Shown: positions 1 through 8,800, counted from the first letter of the stretch. The stretch is DNA of 59,187 bases from a virus (IMGVR_UViG_3300031565_000029:1-59187); one strand, 5' to 3'. Notes: generated from the sequence alone by a model not told the origin. Translations and numbers: made by a program.

Positions 1-144
1 GAATAATATGGCGTGATCTTCATGGTCAGTTAGAAACTCAAATAACAACTCGTTTCTCTGGAACAGGCCCCTCAAGAATAGCCACTCCCCCAAGTCTACG
101 AACGCTTTACAGCTATCACAGAACAACCCACAGTCTATTCCCAT
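1..144 (-). CDS. Hypothetical protein, CxxC-containing (truncated by window edge)
   Basis: ATG at 144 after AAGGAG RBS inside site 146; MGIDCGLFCDSCKAFVDLG..., open to base 1. Confidence 0.7.
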   Translation of the reverse strand, partial: MGIDCGLFCDSCKAFVDLGEWLFLRGLFQRNELLFEFLTDHEDHAILF

Positions 145-165
145 TTCTTTGTTCTCCTTAAACTA

Positions 166-342
166 TTATTCTTTAACCGATTTCTTGATAAGTTCCTGAC
201 TCAAAGGATCGTTGATTATCTTCATGGCTTTGTCATATCTGGTACACGAGGCATAATGGTCATGAGTACAAACATCATCCTCTATTTTACATAGCCACGG
301 TTTGCCTTTACGCCGTATTAACCAAGGACACCAATCAGTCAT
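166..342 (-). CDS. Small Cys/His-rich hypothetical protein (58 aa)
   Basis: Manually translated MTDWCPWLIRRKGKPWLCK...; start overlaps upstream stop, TAA lies in site 146-168. Confidence 0.7.
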   Translation of the reverse strand: MTDWCPWLIRRKGKPWLCKIEDDVCTHDHYASCTRYDKAMKIINDPLSQELIKKSVKE

Positions 343-527
343 TCTTTATCCTCCGTGATAGTTTGCTTTGAACTATCATTAACTGGTTTTCCGTTTTCAT
401 TCACCTCTTCGTCTCTCCAAGAGATAAATTCTTCCTGTTGCTCTAAGTTTGGAAGCCCTGCCATATGCGGTATTACAGCAATTCCAAGTTTTGATAACTT
501 CTTATTGAGATAATCTATTCGTCTCAT
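339..527 (-). CDS. Hypothetical protein
   Basis: ORF with GAGG RBS; C-terminus NDSSKQTI is read through site 356. Confidence 0.7.
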   Translation of the reverse strand: MRRIDYLNKKLSKLGIAVIPHMAGLPNLEQQEEFISWRDEEVNENGKPVNDSSKQTITEDKE

Positions 528-558
528 TTTTGTTCCTCTGATTGTTTAGATACAAATG

Positions 559-768
559 TCATAGATTTTGGAACCTCCGATAGAGAAGATAACCGACCAA
601 ACACAGAGCTATTCCCAACTGTGGATTGGAAGGTAGCGTTAATATTCCGACAATAGGTAACGCGACCATCGCCCCCACCCAAACCATCATAAGGAAAAAC
701 CCTAACACATCCTCATCTATAATTAACAATAAAAGAATAAAGGCAGGTAATATCAACCAGTTAAACAT
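559..768 (-). CDS. Small membrane protein
   Basis: Start re-called at MFNWLIL (GGTGA RBS); hydrophobic segments; stop is the outer TGA of site 539-561. Confidence 0.7.
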   Translation of the reverse strand: MFNWLILPAFILLLLIIDEDVLGFFLMMVWVGAMVALPIVGILTLPSNPQLGIALCLVGYLLYRRFQNL

Positions 769-973
769 CTTCTTCACCTTTATATATCTTCTTTTCCTCT
801 GAACTATCAAAAATCGGTTCTAACAAAACGCTTCCACAATAAGGGCAATGAGTAAAATCCTGTTGAGCCCCATAAGGATGCTTAGAAATATATCCATGAG
901 TTCTACATACCATAAGCATCATCTTTGCATACTTCTTGAAGTACTCATCAAAATTTATCTTAGTTCTTGACAA
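761..973 (-). CDS. Small zinc-ribbon protein
   Basis: CxxH...HCPYCG motif. Confidence 0.65.
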   Translation of the reverse strand: MSRTKINFDEYFKKYAKMMLMVCRTHGYISKHPYGAQQDFTHCPYCGSVLLEPIFDSSEEKKIYKGEEDV

Positions 974-977
974 ACTA

Positions 978-1298
978 TCACGGCTCCAATAATTCTATCT
1001 TTTCTAGATGTTTCAATAATTGAGTTATCTTAGAATGTGTTGTTATACGATAAAGTTTTCCGTATTCTAGTTGGTGGTATCCATAGATACTAAACCGTTC
1101 AAACTTGGCATAGCTAACTGTATCCGGGTGCCCATAACATAGAGTTATATGAGTTCTATTCCAAGGCCACGTCTCATATTCCGTGTAAACCACATAACCA
1201 GTAAATTGTTTCGTTCCGATGTTCACGGTATATGACGCGATTATCATAATTGTTAATAGCGTAGAAATTCCTAACATTATCCTTTGTGTGTCATTCAT
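978..1298 (-). CDS. Membrane-anchored hypothetical protein
   Basis: N-terminal hydrophobic helix; stop is the outer TGA of site 958-980. Confidence 0.7.
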   Translation of the reverse strand: MNDTQRIMLGISTLLTIMIIASYTVNIGTKQFTGYVVYTEYETWPWNRTHITLCYGHPDTVSYAKFERFSIYGYHQLEYGKLYRITTHSKITQLLKHLEKIELLEP

Positions 1299-1524
1299 CT
1301 TTGTTTTCTCCTTCTATCTTAGTTCGGTGTAAACAATCATAACTACAAAGATCATCATACCAATCTTTTAATTGTTTAAGTCTTGTCCCCCATTGTTCTT
1401 TAGTTCCAGAACCATAAGTCTTATCTTCAAGAACAAACCCAATAGTTTCGATTGTACGTGGCGTGGTAACAAGAGCGAAAGCTATCTGAACTTGGTTCAT
1501 TTCCTCAATTTTTGGTAGGTTCAT
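1291..1524 (-). CDS. Hypothetical protein
   Basis: ORF in tightly packed operon with AAGGAG RBS. Confidence 0.65.
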   Translation of the reverse strand: MNLPKIEEMNQVQIAFALVTTPRTIETIGFVLEDKTYGSGTKEQWGTRLKQLKDWYDDLCSYDCLHRTKIEGENKDE

Positions 1525-1557
1525 TCTTCTTCTCCTTTGACACTTGACGTAGAACTA

Positions 1558-1764
1558 TTATTCATCATCGAACTCCGCCTCTATTATAATCCAATTTACC
1601 CAAGTACAAAACACCATAAGAAATAACCATGTAATTCCTTGAAGGAATGTTGTTAACGGTGGATCTTTATCAAACACAGATAAAACCCCCACGAGAACAC
1701 CGCACAACCATAGAGCTTGTACTACCCAAATAGAAAATGCCGTCCATATCGAACTTAGCTTCAT
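1558..1764 (-). CDS. Two-TM membrane protein
   Basis: Two hydrophobic helices; stop in site 1538-1560. Confidence 0.7.
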   Translation of the reverse strand: MKLSSIWTAFSIWVVQALWLCGVLVGVLSVFDKDPPLTTFLQGITWLFLMVFCTWVNWIIIEAEFDDE

Positions 1765-2027
1765 TCCTTTTCCTCTCTTGTGATACTTTGTGTTGAACTG
1801 TCAAGAATTAGAAGTTCTAGGTCTATTCCTATGTCAGTTCGTATCTTGACTATTCTTAGAGCCGAATTATATTCGTATTTACGATCTGAAAGATGGACAA
1901 CTGTTCCGGTGATGGTGTTTCCCGATGGAATTATATCTCCGCGTCTATCAGAAAACGATATTCTTGTATCGGGACATCCGTCGGGATCGCTTATCGATTC
2001 CTTTATGGTAACATTAACTTCTTTCAT
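1761..2027 (-). CDS. Hypothetical protein
   Basis: ATGA overlaps both sides; ends LDSSTQSI through site 1781. Confidence 0.65.
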   Translation of the reverse strand: MKEVNVTIKESISDPDGCPDTRISFSDRRGDIIPSGNTITGTVVHLSDRKYEYNSALRIVKIRTDIGIDLELLILDSSTQSITREEKE

Positions 2028-2287
2028 CTTGTTTCCTTCTTTGTGATTGTTTGAGATAAAGTATTATTTAAGGCTTTCTCATAACACAGGTACGGCCTAA
2101 TGAACGCCTCAAGTTCCTGGCGAAGCACACGAGCACGGGTCTCCATGACACATAAATCCTTGATGCGCCGCTTCACATCATCGACGTGCTGGATCACCGC
2201 GTCGTACCCTACAGGTTGTCGCCGTAAGATTGAAGTCTGCTTAGACTCTTCTTGAACCATGCCTTCTTGAACTGTTCCGTGTCCCAT
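2024..2287 (-). CDS. Hypothetical coiled-coil protein
   Basis: ORF in operon; ends NNTLSQTI through site 2044. Confidence 0.6.
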   Translation of the reverse strand: MGHGTVQEGMVQEESKQTSILRRQPVGYDAVIQHVDDVKRRIKDLCVMETRARVLRQELEAFIRPYLCYEKALNNTLSQTITKKETR

Positions 2288-2293
2288 AGATAC

Positions 2294-2485
2294 CTACTCC
2301 TGAACTCCTTTATCTTTTCGCTCATTTCTTTTCACCCAACTAGGGGTTTGAGGTATAACACGCTGTATCTTTATGCCACACTTGGAGCACGATGCCATAA
2401 GATCGTTTTCTTCGTTGCTCCACCAGAGTTTCGCACGAATGGGGCCACAAACTGGGCACTCGTACCCTTCTTTGTATACAGCCAT
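2294..2485 (-). CDS. Zinc-ribbon protein
   Basis: CPVC...CSKC; TATA-like CTTATATAC about 30 nt upstream. Confidence 0.7.
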   Translation of the reverse strand: MAVYKEGYECPVCGPIRAKLWWSNEENDLMASCSKCGIKIQRVIPQTPSWVKRNERKDKGVQE

Positions 2486-2533
2486 TTTACTTCAAAAATA
2501 TAGGGGGTGAAAGAGTATATAAGGTTTACGTAT

Positions 2534-2989
2534 TTAACGTATCTTAGTGTTCTTGGTGCTGCTGACTTGCATCATGTCGTCGAACGGGTCTTTAATGATC
2601 AGGTTCGTCACGGTTAACTCATCACCAGCCGCGTGATTCATTACGTCATCGCCGAGGTCTTCCCATAACGCTACGCGTATATCTCCGTACTCTGTGTTTA
2701 AGGCAAAGTTCGTCACTGTTTTAGGGCCACTCCTAGTCTCAACGTCTCTTTGAACGGGATCATTGAGCATGGTTCCTTTCAGGGTATTTATGAATTTCCC
2801 TGGGGACAAGTCCTGTGGCTCTGACTCCGCCTTTTTCTTTTGTCTCTCCCGTGGCTTAGGTTTGGCTTCTTTTGGTGTCTCGAAGCCGCCACCCATGAGG
2901 GTGCCGACCATGTCCTGCGTCACCTTAATCTCCTTCAGAATCGTGTCGAGTCGCTGCTCGATGTCTTCCTCCCAACTCATGTTACTCAC
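2534..2989 (-). CDS. OB-fold single-stranded DNA-binding protein (RPA/SSB-like)
   Basis: C-terminal OB fold pattern (VTNFAL..GDIRVALW....GDELTVTN) typical of archaeal RPA/SSB. Confidence 0.75.
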   Translation of the reverse strand: MSNMSWEEDIEQRLDTILKEIKVTQDMVGTLMGGGFETPKEAKPKPRERQKKKAESEPQDLSPGKFINTLKGTMLNDPVQRDVETRSGPKTVTNFALNTEYGDIRVALWEDLGDDVMNHAAGDELTVTNLIIKDPFDDMMQVSSTKNTKIR

Positions 2990-3263
2990 TGTTCAACACT
3001 TCTTGGTGCTTCCTTATATATTCGATGGTTAAACCATTTAAAGGTTTCGCTCGTGCCACGGCCCCTCTCTTTACACGGTATATCTTCGGCGTCTCCCACG
3101 TATAGTGGCTTACCATGCATTCTATGACGGGGCATTCTGGGTTGAGGCATTGTTGGCGCCGTTTTTTAAGGTACGCACTTTCCTTTAGGACTAGGGGTTC
3201 TCCGCAGTCGGGGCAGTTCATTGTTTTATATGATGTCTCCATGTTTTTAAAACCTACGATCAT
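2982..3263 (-). CDS. Zinc-finger protein (Ogr/Delta-like pattern)
   Basis: CPDCG...QCLNPEC. Confidence 0.55.
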   Translation of the reverse strand: MIVGFKNMETSYKTMNCPDCGEPLVLKESAYLKKRRQQCLNPECPVIECMVSHYTWETPKIYRVKRGAVARAKPLNGLTIEYIRKHQEVLNSE

Positions 3264-3270
3264 TCACTCT

Positions 3271-3930
3271 TTACCTAGAACTATCACATAAATCCTTGTA
3301 TAGACAATAGCCACACACTTTTCCTCCCCACGCATCTGAGTTTGAAACCGGTAATGTTTTTTTATCAACACATGATTTCAAATTTAAAGCTCGACTAATC
3401 AACTCTTTCCCTATCTTTCTATCTAGTTCGATTGGGAACGATAAATCAACCTCGGTTCCCCCTCTAAGCAACGCTCCTTTATCAAGATAATCTATAACGC
3501 CATGCTCTAATTCTAGACAATACAGATAAAACTGTAGCTGCTCATTATGCTCTGGCTTCGGCTCCTTCATCCAATGACACGAGGAAGCTGTCTTAACTTC
3601 ATGTGCAACGATCCTGTTTTTATTATGTTGCGTTAACACATCAACGCGACCATGAATAATTAAGTCACCAACAACATGATAAGCTGGAACCTGGGTTCCT
3701 AGTACATATATGTCCGGGTTTTTTCTCAGTATTTCTACCCAGTAGTCTTCAAGGATGTTTCCAGCCTCAAATATTCGCAAGGTCTCTACGGGGAAGGGCT
3801 TATCCTCCGTCACGTCGTAGTATGCCTGTCTCATACATGGCTTAGTTAAGTCTGTTACATAGTAGTGGTTTGGTGGCCTTATTTTTCTGTTCTCGGCCTT
3901 ATGTAGAAGAAACGTATCAATCTTACTCAT
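3271..3930 (-). CDS. cas4: Cas4-like PD-(D/E)XK exonuclease (stand-alone, viral)
   Basis: N-terminal C (PCMRQAYY), GRVD..HEVKT, QLQFY, C-terminal CGYCLYKDLC Fe-S ligands; no CRISPR array nearby. Confidence 0.85.
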   Translation of the reverse strand: MSKIDTFLLHKAENRKIRPPNHYYVTDLTKPCMRQAYYDVTEDKPFPVETLRIFEAGNILEDYWVEILRKNPDIYVLGTQVPAYHVVGDLIIHGRVDVLTQHNKNRIVAHEVKTASSCHWMKEPKPEHNEQLQFYLYCLELEHGVIDYLDKGALLRGGTEVDLSFPIELDRKIGKELISRALNLKSCVDKKTLPVSNSDAWGGKVCGYCLYKDLCDSSR

Positions 3931-3948
3931 TTTATCCCTCTTTGGTAC

Positions 3949-4143
3949 TCATTCCCAATACTCAACTCTGTGACCGCAATCCAAACATTGAAGTGCGTAT
4001 TTGTGGTATCTCACTTCAAGTGTCATTGATGAAAATTTGGGTTGTTTTATATATTCGCTCATTGTTTTTGGTTCTATTTTGGAAGGATTAAGCCTTACTT
4101 TCTCGACGTTGAGGCTTCCACATTTATCACATTTTATACTCAT
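3949..4143 (-). CDS. Zinc-ribbon protein
   Basis: CDKC...CLDC. Confidence 0.7.
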   Translation of the reverse strand: MSIKCDKCGSLNVEKVRLNPSKIEPKTMSEYIKQPKFSSMTLEVRYHKYALQCLDCGHRVEYWE

Positions 4144-4162
4144 CTTGTTTTCACTCTTCTGG

Positions 4163-4663
4163 TTAAACTAATATTTTTGATAGTTTTATATCTCCGAGAT
4201 GCCCCTTCTTAAAATGAACCATGCCCAACTCAAACCCAGTTTGAGGAAAGTTTGGTGGAACTTCGGTTATACATATTTCCTTTATACCAAACCCAGCCTC
4301 CTCTCTATCTCTTCGTCTTGCTTTAGTCCAACAATGGTTTATGGTCATGAGAAAAGCCACGTCATCAGCTAACATGTAAGCGTGTTTAAGAAACGCCCTC
4401 ATTTTTGACCAAGGTGGGTTGGTTATTATCCAATCCACCCTTTCCTTAAAATCGAAGAAGTCTTTACCCTCCGATATTTCGCACCATTTAACATCAAACA
4501 CACCATCTTGTTTTATTAGGGCATTAATGAAAGCCCCCTCCCCTTTACATGGTTCAAGAACGATGCCTTTTGGTTTGAAGTGTTGAACTAATGCTAGAGC
4601 TAATGATTCTGGTGTCATAACCTCATCCGTTGATTTATAGTTTCGATTAGGTTGGGTTCTCAC
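4163..4663 (-). CDS. DNA amino (N6-adenine) methyltransferase
   Basis: TP..L, LEPCKGEGAF SAM motif, ITNPPW catalytic motif. Confidence 0.85.
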   Translation of the reverse strand: MRTQPNRNYKSTDEVMTPESLALALVQHFKPKGIVLEPCKGEGAFINALIKQDGVFDVKWCEISEGKDFFDFKERVDWIITNPPWSKMRAFLKHAYMLADDVAFLMTINHCWTKARRRDREEAGFGIKEICITEVPPNFPQTGFELGMVHFKKGHLGDIKLSKILV

Positions 4664-4836
4664 TCATTATCACTTCTCTTACGTTGCTTTGAAGTATCGC
4701 ACCAGCACTTGAAACACATTGACTTATCCCCCTCCACCCCAACGGTTTTTGACCACTCTAGATATGCTGAAATAGAGAGGGGATTACTATCTAAAATTAA
4801 TATTTCGCTTTCATGTCCACACTTATATTTTGTCAT
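4660..4836 (-). CDS. Small Cys-containing hypothetical protein (58 aa)
   Basis: Manually translated MTKYKCGHE...CFKCWCDTSKQRK; overlaps neighbours at both ends. Confidence 0.65.
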   Translation of the reverse strand: MTKYKCGHESEILILDSNPLSISAYLEWSKTVGVEGDKSMCFKCWCDTSKQRKRSDNE

Positions 4837-5039
4837 GGTTCACCATTTCCTACTTTAGTAGAAACTAAGAAAGGGTTATCTGGATCATTCTCAAGAAACT
4901 CATCATATCTACAATCAACCCAGTTCCAATGAAGTCTATCTAATTTTACAAAGGCTTTACAAGCTCTGCACGCACCGATTCTAGTTAACTCTTCGTCAAT
5001 AGGGCATACAACCGCTAAAACCTGTTTTAGTCTTTTCAT
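4833..5039 (-). CDS. Small Cys-rich protein
   Basis: Start re-called at MKRLKQ (AGGTGA RBS); VCP...CRAC...C. Confidence 0.65.
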   Translation of the reverse strand: MKRLKQVLAVVCPIDEELTRIGACRACKAFVKLDRLHWNWVDCRYDEFLENDPDNPFLVSTKVGNGEP

Positions 5040-5043
5040 TTTG

Positions 5044-5592
5044 TCACCTTTTGGTATGTACCAAGTAAATAGATTCACTTGATTCTCCATTCTTTAATGC
5101 TTGCCATTTTGGTTTGATGTACTTCTGTGCGAACTCACGCATCTCATCAAAGGATAACAAATTACTTTTCAGAAAATTGCACCGTTCACACGCAAGAACA
5201 AGATTTCCAGTTTTGTATCCAACGGAATTATCAATACAATCAACTGTTAATCTATCAGTTCTAGAACCATACCTCTGTTTTAAGAAAATGAAGTCGGCTT
5301 CCGGTATATCACAGTAAGCACAAATCTTAGGTTCACTAATATACCACTCAACAAACTCAGCTTTAATTATCTCAAATGGTTTTGCCGCGGGGTGATTATG
5401 TTTATTATAATATATTTGTCTACTTTTGATTTGGTTGTATATTCCAACGGGGGTATGCCTATATCGTTCAGCTTCCTTTCGACAGCATTCTTTACACCAA
5501 GAATTAAGGTTGCTCTTTGTTTGTCTATTTTTCCCAAAGCGTGTTAATGGTTTTGTTTCACCACATCGAGGGCACCGCTTAGATGCAATCAT
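5044..5592 (-). CDS. Zn-finger plus HNH/His-Me-like endonuclease domain protein
   Basis: KRCPRC..CKEC N-terminus; CAYC...LTVDCIDNSVGY..NLVLACERCNFLK; paralog of 8849..9373. Confidence 0.75.
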   Translation of the reverse strand: MIASKRCPRCGETKPLTRFGKNRQTKSNLNSWCKECCRKEAERYRHTPVGIYNQIKSRQIYYNKHNHPAAKPFEIIKAEFVEWYISEPKICAYCDIPEADFIFLKQRYGSRTDRLTVDCIDNSVGYKTGNLVLACERCNFLKSNLLSFDEMREFAQKYIKPKWQALKNGESSESIYLVHTKR

Positions 5593-5654
5593 ACTAACAA
5601 CCTATGTGTGCCGTCATATTTAACTGTTGTGTTATGATAGTATGGTATAAACTA

Positions 5655-6092
5655 TCATTCAAAATCCCACCGATGGGATTTATAAAGTTCGTCCGTCTTT
5701 TTACTCCAAACACTAGCTGAAACAGACTCATAGCAAACTTTACAGAGATACTCAGGGGGGTCACCGAAACTTTCTTCTTTTAAATCTGTGCTTCTTTCCT
5801 CCCCACATAAGGCACAGGTGAAACTGCCTTTACCAGCTTTACTACACTCTTCGCAAACATAATTATCTCTTGTATCTTTTGAAGTGCCTTCATATTGAAT
5901 CCCAGCGCGTTTAAGTTGTGAGTCCAAGTTGGTTTTCCAGTAATAAGGAAATAAGTTTCGCATTCTTTGTGTATCCTTTTTTTCCATTTTTATCATAGGT
6001 CGATTACAGACAGAACATTTAGATAGTTGAATTATTACCTTCGCGTATCCTTCGTTTTCAATTAGTTCTGGTACAAATTCTTCTAGATTCAT
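5655..6092 (-). CDS. Multi-zinc-finger protein
   Basis: Four CxxC pairs; stop is the outer TGA of site 5635-5657. Confidence 0.7.
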   Translation of the reverse strand: MNLEEFVPELIENEGYAKVIIQLSKCSVCNRPMIKMEKKDTQRMRNLFPYYWKTNLDSQLKRAGIQYEGTSKDTRDNYVCEECSKAGKGSFTCALCGEERSTDLKEESFGDPPEYLCKVCYESVSASVWSKKTDELYKSHRWDFE

Positions 6093-6097
6093 TTCGG

Positions 6098-6379
6098 TTA
6101 CTCCTCAATCTTTGTTGTGGGTGAACTGTCATAATCTAGTCTTTTCATAATCTCACACCCCTCAACATGAACAAAGTCATCTATATTACAATCATGGCAA
6201 CATGTAAAATTTGGGCAAGCATATTCCACTATCTTGTAGAACTCATCACCGAACTTATCGTAGGCTTTGTTAAGAATATAGGTGAGCATTCTGCTATTAG
6301 GGTGCATTATGATTGGACAATGGTTACAGTCCTCATTACAGAGTTTGATAGTTGGGTATGAAGTATCACTCATGGTCAA
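6098..6379 (-). CDS. Cys/His-rich hypothetical protein
   Basis: CNEDCNHC, CCHDC..DDFVHVEGC; bounded by sites 6109 and 6346. Confidence 0.7.
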   Translation of the reverse strand: MTMSDTSYPTIKLCNEDCNHCPIIMHPNSRMLTYILNKAYDKFGDEFYKIVEYACPNFTCCHDCNIDDFVHVEGCEIMKRLDYDSSPTTKIEE

Positions 6380-6530
6380 CTGCTCCTGCTATAGCAGCGG
6401 ATAAACAAGCGGAGAGGATGTATAATACCTCCAATGTAACATTTTCTGTTATAAATAGGTGTCGCACGGCGTTTGAAAACATCCATACAGTATTAACATA
6501 CCAAACGTTTCTAAGCCATTTGTTACTCAT
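6366..6530 (-). CDS. Small membrane protein (54 aa)
   Basis: Manually translated MSNKWLRNVWYVN...AIAGAVDHE; stop is the outer TGA of site 6346-6368. Confidence 0.6.
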   Translation of the reverse strand: MSNKWLRNVWYVNTVWMFSNAVRHLFITENVTLEVLYILSACLSAAIAGAVDHE

Positions 6531-6786
6531 TGGGGTCACCATCTATCTTTGTTTCGGATAAACTGTCAAGTTTTTGTTCCAAGATTTTTATTTTAAGAAT
6601 CAGGGCATCTCTAGTAAGTGAATTAGGATCAGCATCACCATATTCTCTGTGAATAAACTCTAATTCATCTCTAGCCTGTTTATGGGGACATTCGTCAAGC
6701 CAACAGTTAGGGTAGTAACAAGTAGCTGGCCCCTCTACAGGATCATCCTCAGATTCTATCATGCAACGAAAGCTTTCAAAACTCAT
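6523..6786 (-). CDS. Hypothetical protein
   Basis: Start re-called at MSFESFRC; ends LDSLSETK through site 6546. Confidence 0.6.
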   Translation of the reverse strand: MSFESFRCMIESEDDPVEGPATCYYPNCWLDECPHKQARDELEFIHREYGDADPNSLTRDALILKIKILEQKLDSLSETKIDGDPNE

Positions 6787-7024
6787 TGTTTTTCTCTCTC
6801 CGTCTTTGCTCAGAAGTATTAGATAGTTTGAGGCTTGGGCATACCAAACTAGCGGGGCTAAAAGGTAAGTCTCCAAAAACTTTTTGATTTAGACCCTTAA
6901 GAGATTTGAAAAACTCCATATGTGGAAACCACTTCTCTCCGCAATCATTACATTTATAAATAGAATCCCTTGCTTCAGTGCCATAGAACTCCGTATTTTC
7001 TGATGCGCATTTAGGGCACTTCAT
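6776..7024 (-). CDS. Zinc-ribbon protein
   Basis: CPKC...YKCNDCG. Confidence 0.7.
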   Translation of the reverse strand: MKCPKCASENTEFYGTEARDSIYKCNDCGEKWFPHMEFFKSLKGLNQKVFGDLPFSPASLVCPSLKLSNTSEQRRREKNNEF

Positions 7025-7177
7025 TTATCCTTCCTCCGTTTTCATTGTTTGATTAGAACTATCAAACGTAAGAAGGATTTTATCTGCCTCAGCTTGGGTC
7101 ATAAACCCCTTATCTACGAGAGCCTGATTGTACCCAGCCACGTATCCATGATTGAATATTTCCGTATTATTCTTCAT
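7025..7177 (-). CDS. Small hypothetical protein (50 aa)
   Basis: Start re-called at MKNNTEIF; bounded by sites 7042 and 7181. Confidence 0.55.
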   Translation of the reverse strand: MKNNTEIFNHGYVAGYNQALVDKGFMTQAEADKILLTFDSSNQTMKTEEG

Positions 7178-7847
7178 TTTTCTTTCTTCCTTGTAAAGTA
7201 TAAGGAGTGGTTCCTGGGAACCATATCTTCCTTGGTATGTAGCTACCGGAGCCCTCGTCGAGACGCCCCACAATACTACCATTCTGAGGCTCATATATAT
7301 AAGACTTTCCGTCGACATCAATGAAGGCATTAAACGCGTGTGTACGGCTCCAAACCACCATGAACCCTCCCTGACGTTTGAGCCCCGCCTTAAGGAAAAG
7401 GATACTCATAAAGTCATACATGGTTGTGGCGAAGTTGTCGCAATCGCTTATCTCTTTAACCCATTTTCCGCGTGCCTTCACGGTCTCCACCTGTATCGGG
7501 GGCAGTATCTTCATCCAGGTATCATAGGGTAGCGCATAGTATTCCTCGTCGGCGACCAGCACATCATTGACTGGCCATATCAGGTCGTATGGGTCGAACA
7601 ACCACTCGGGTTCGGTGTGGATGCTGAGAACTGGTATCTGTATGGATTCGTCGAGTGCCTGTTGCATGTGTTCGATGCGGGTGCGATACATTAACGCTTG
7701 TTTCGATAGCATCTCATAGTTTTTCTTATTCATTTCTGTGAGTTTTTTCTGTGTTTCTAATTCTTTCTGTGTGAGCCGTAACCCCGCTTCAGTGGCTTCC
7801 AACCTATGTTTTAGTTTATAGCAGAACAGATCTTCCAGTAGCGTCAT
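7167..7847 (-). CDS. Coiled-coil plus papain/transglutaminase-like cysteine protease domain
   Basis: DCDNFA...HAFNAF...YIYEPQ gives a Cys-His-Glu triad pattern. Confidence 0.65.
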   Translation of the reverse strand: MTLLEDLFCYKLKHRLEATEAGLRLTQKELETQKKLTEMNKKNYEMLSKQALMYRTRIEHMQQALDESIQIPVLSIHTEPEWLFDPYDLIWPVNDVLVADEEYYALPYDTWMKILPPIQVETVKARGKWVKEISDCDNFATTMYDFMSILFLKAGLKRQGGFMVVWSRTHAFNAFIDVDGKSYIYEPQNGSIVGRLDEGSGSYIPRKIWFPGTTPYTLQGRKKNEE

Positions 7848-7864
7848 GCCACATAGGGATAGTT

Positions 7865-8695
7865 TTAAGAGTTTAAAAAGGTTACGTATTTAACCAACAA
7901 TTTCTTGGCGTACCGTCTAGCCTGTTTCTCAAGCTGAGGAAGTGCTACTCGGCTTTCACGTAAATCCATATACATGTAGTGTTTACCCATTGCTTGAGAC
8001 ACACCAATACGTTGACCGCTAATAGTCCATCCACCAAAATAGGCTCCATCAACCTGATCAAAACCATAGTCATTCATAACCGTTTGTAAACTAATTTTCC
8101 TCAAGACATGACTCGTTACAGGCTTCCATCTAGGATCAACTTTTTCGCCAACGCTTGCGTATTCTAAGTCCTTGGTCCAAGAACGCTCGCCGTCAGGAAA
8201 GAATACAAGGTATTCTTCGTACCCATCATCGCCCCATCGTTGAGTTTTAACCATGTCTTTGGTGTACGATCTTTTAATGCTTCTAGTATAGTCACTCATG
8301 GGCCAATACATGCCCTTAAACGCTTGTTTAGCTTCATTCATCGCGTAGGTCTTGCTAGTCGCCACGTTCTCATGTAAACTAAATGGATAGACACCCCCAG
8401 ACTCGATGTAATCAAGAACCTTCTTTGCCCACGGATCATATTCCAAGTTCAAGGGGCGAGCACAGGGGCGCAACATCCCTTTACGCTTAGCGGTCTTGAC
8501 GATAAACATAACAAATTCTTCGCCCTCGACTTCTATTATGATGTGGTCGTCTCGGCTTGGCATATATTTTCCGGCGACTTCGCTAATGCGCCCCAGGGTC
8601 TCATACTGGTACATGTAGGCGAAGCGATATTGTTTGTCTTTGACGGCTTCGATGCGGTTTCTTATCTCTAGATCGGTGGGTTGCCGGTGAAGCAT
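7865..8695 (-). CDS. Tyrosine recombinase (catalytic domain only, with internal insertion)
   Basis: GRISE (R), KTAK (K), HVLR (HxxR), GGW (W), KHYMY (Y) in correct order. Confidence 0.85.
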   Translation of the reverse strand: MLHRQPTDLEIRNRIEAVKDKQYRFAYMYQYETLGRISEVAGKYMPSRDDHIIIEVEGEEFVMFIVKTAKRKGMLRPCARPLNLEYDPWAKKVLDYIESGGVYPFSLHENVATSKTYAMNEAKQAFKGMYWPMSDYTRSIKRSYTKDMVKTQRWGDDGYEEYLVFFPDGERSWTKDLEYASVGEKVDPRWKPVTSHVLRKISLQTVMNDYGFDQVDGAYFGGWTISGQRIGVSQAMGKHYMYMDLRESRVALPQLEKQARRYAKKLLVKYVTFLNS

Positions 8696-8715
8696 CCCTT
8701 ACTTATAACTGTTAC

Positions 8716-8733
8716 TATCTTATAACTTTATTG
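8716..8733 (-). promoter_or_regulatory. BRE/TATA promoter CAATAAAGTTATAAGATA for the recombinase
   Basis: Exact 18-mer also at 8801-8818 (+) and 15045-15062 (+); TTATAA about 28 nt before ATG 8695. Confidence 0.7.
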
Positions 8734-8800
8734 ATACTTGATAATTAGGGTGGTGTGGAGATTGGTGCAACCCATAAGTAATATATGAGTTTCTCCACAC

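Noticed and set aside
2986-3008. Additional dyad sites at 2986, 1298, 5044, 20832 and 28960
   Set aside because: Only one arm matches or spacing is off; not counted, though they may be decayed sites
3271-3930. CRISPR-Cas system suggested by cas4 and periodic repeats
   Set aside because: No cas1/cas2; the repeats are degenerate dyads separated by whole genes rather than 30-40 nt spacers; solo Cas4 is common in archaeal viruses
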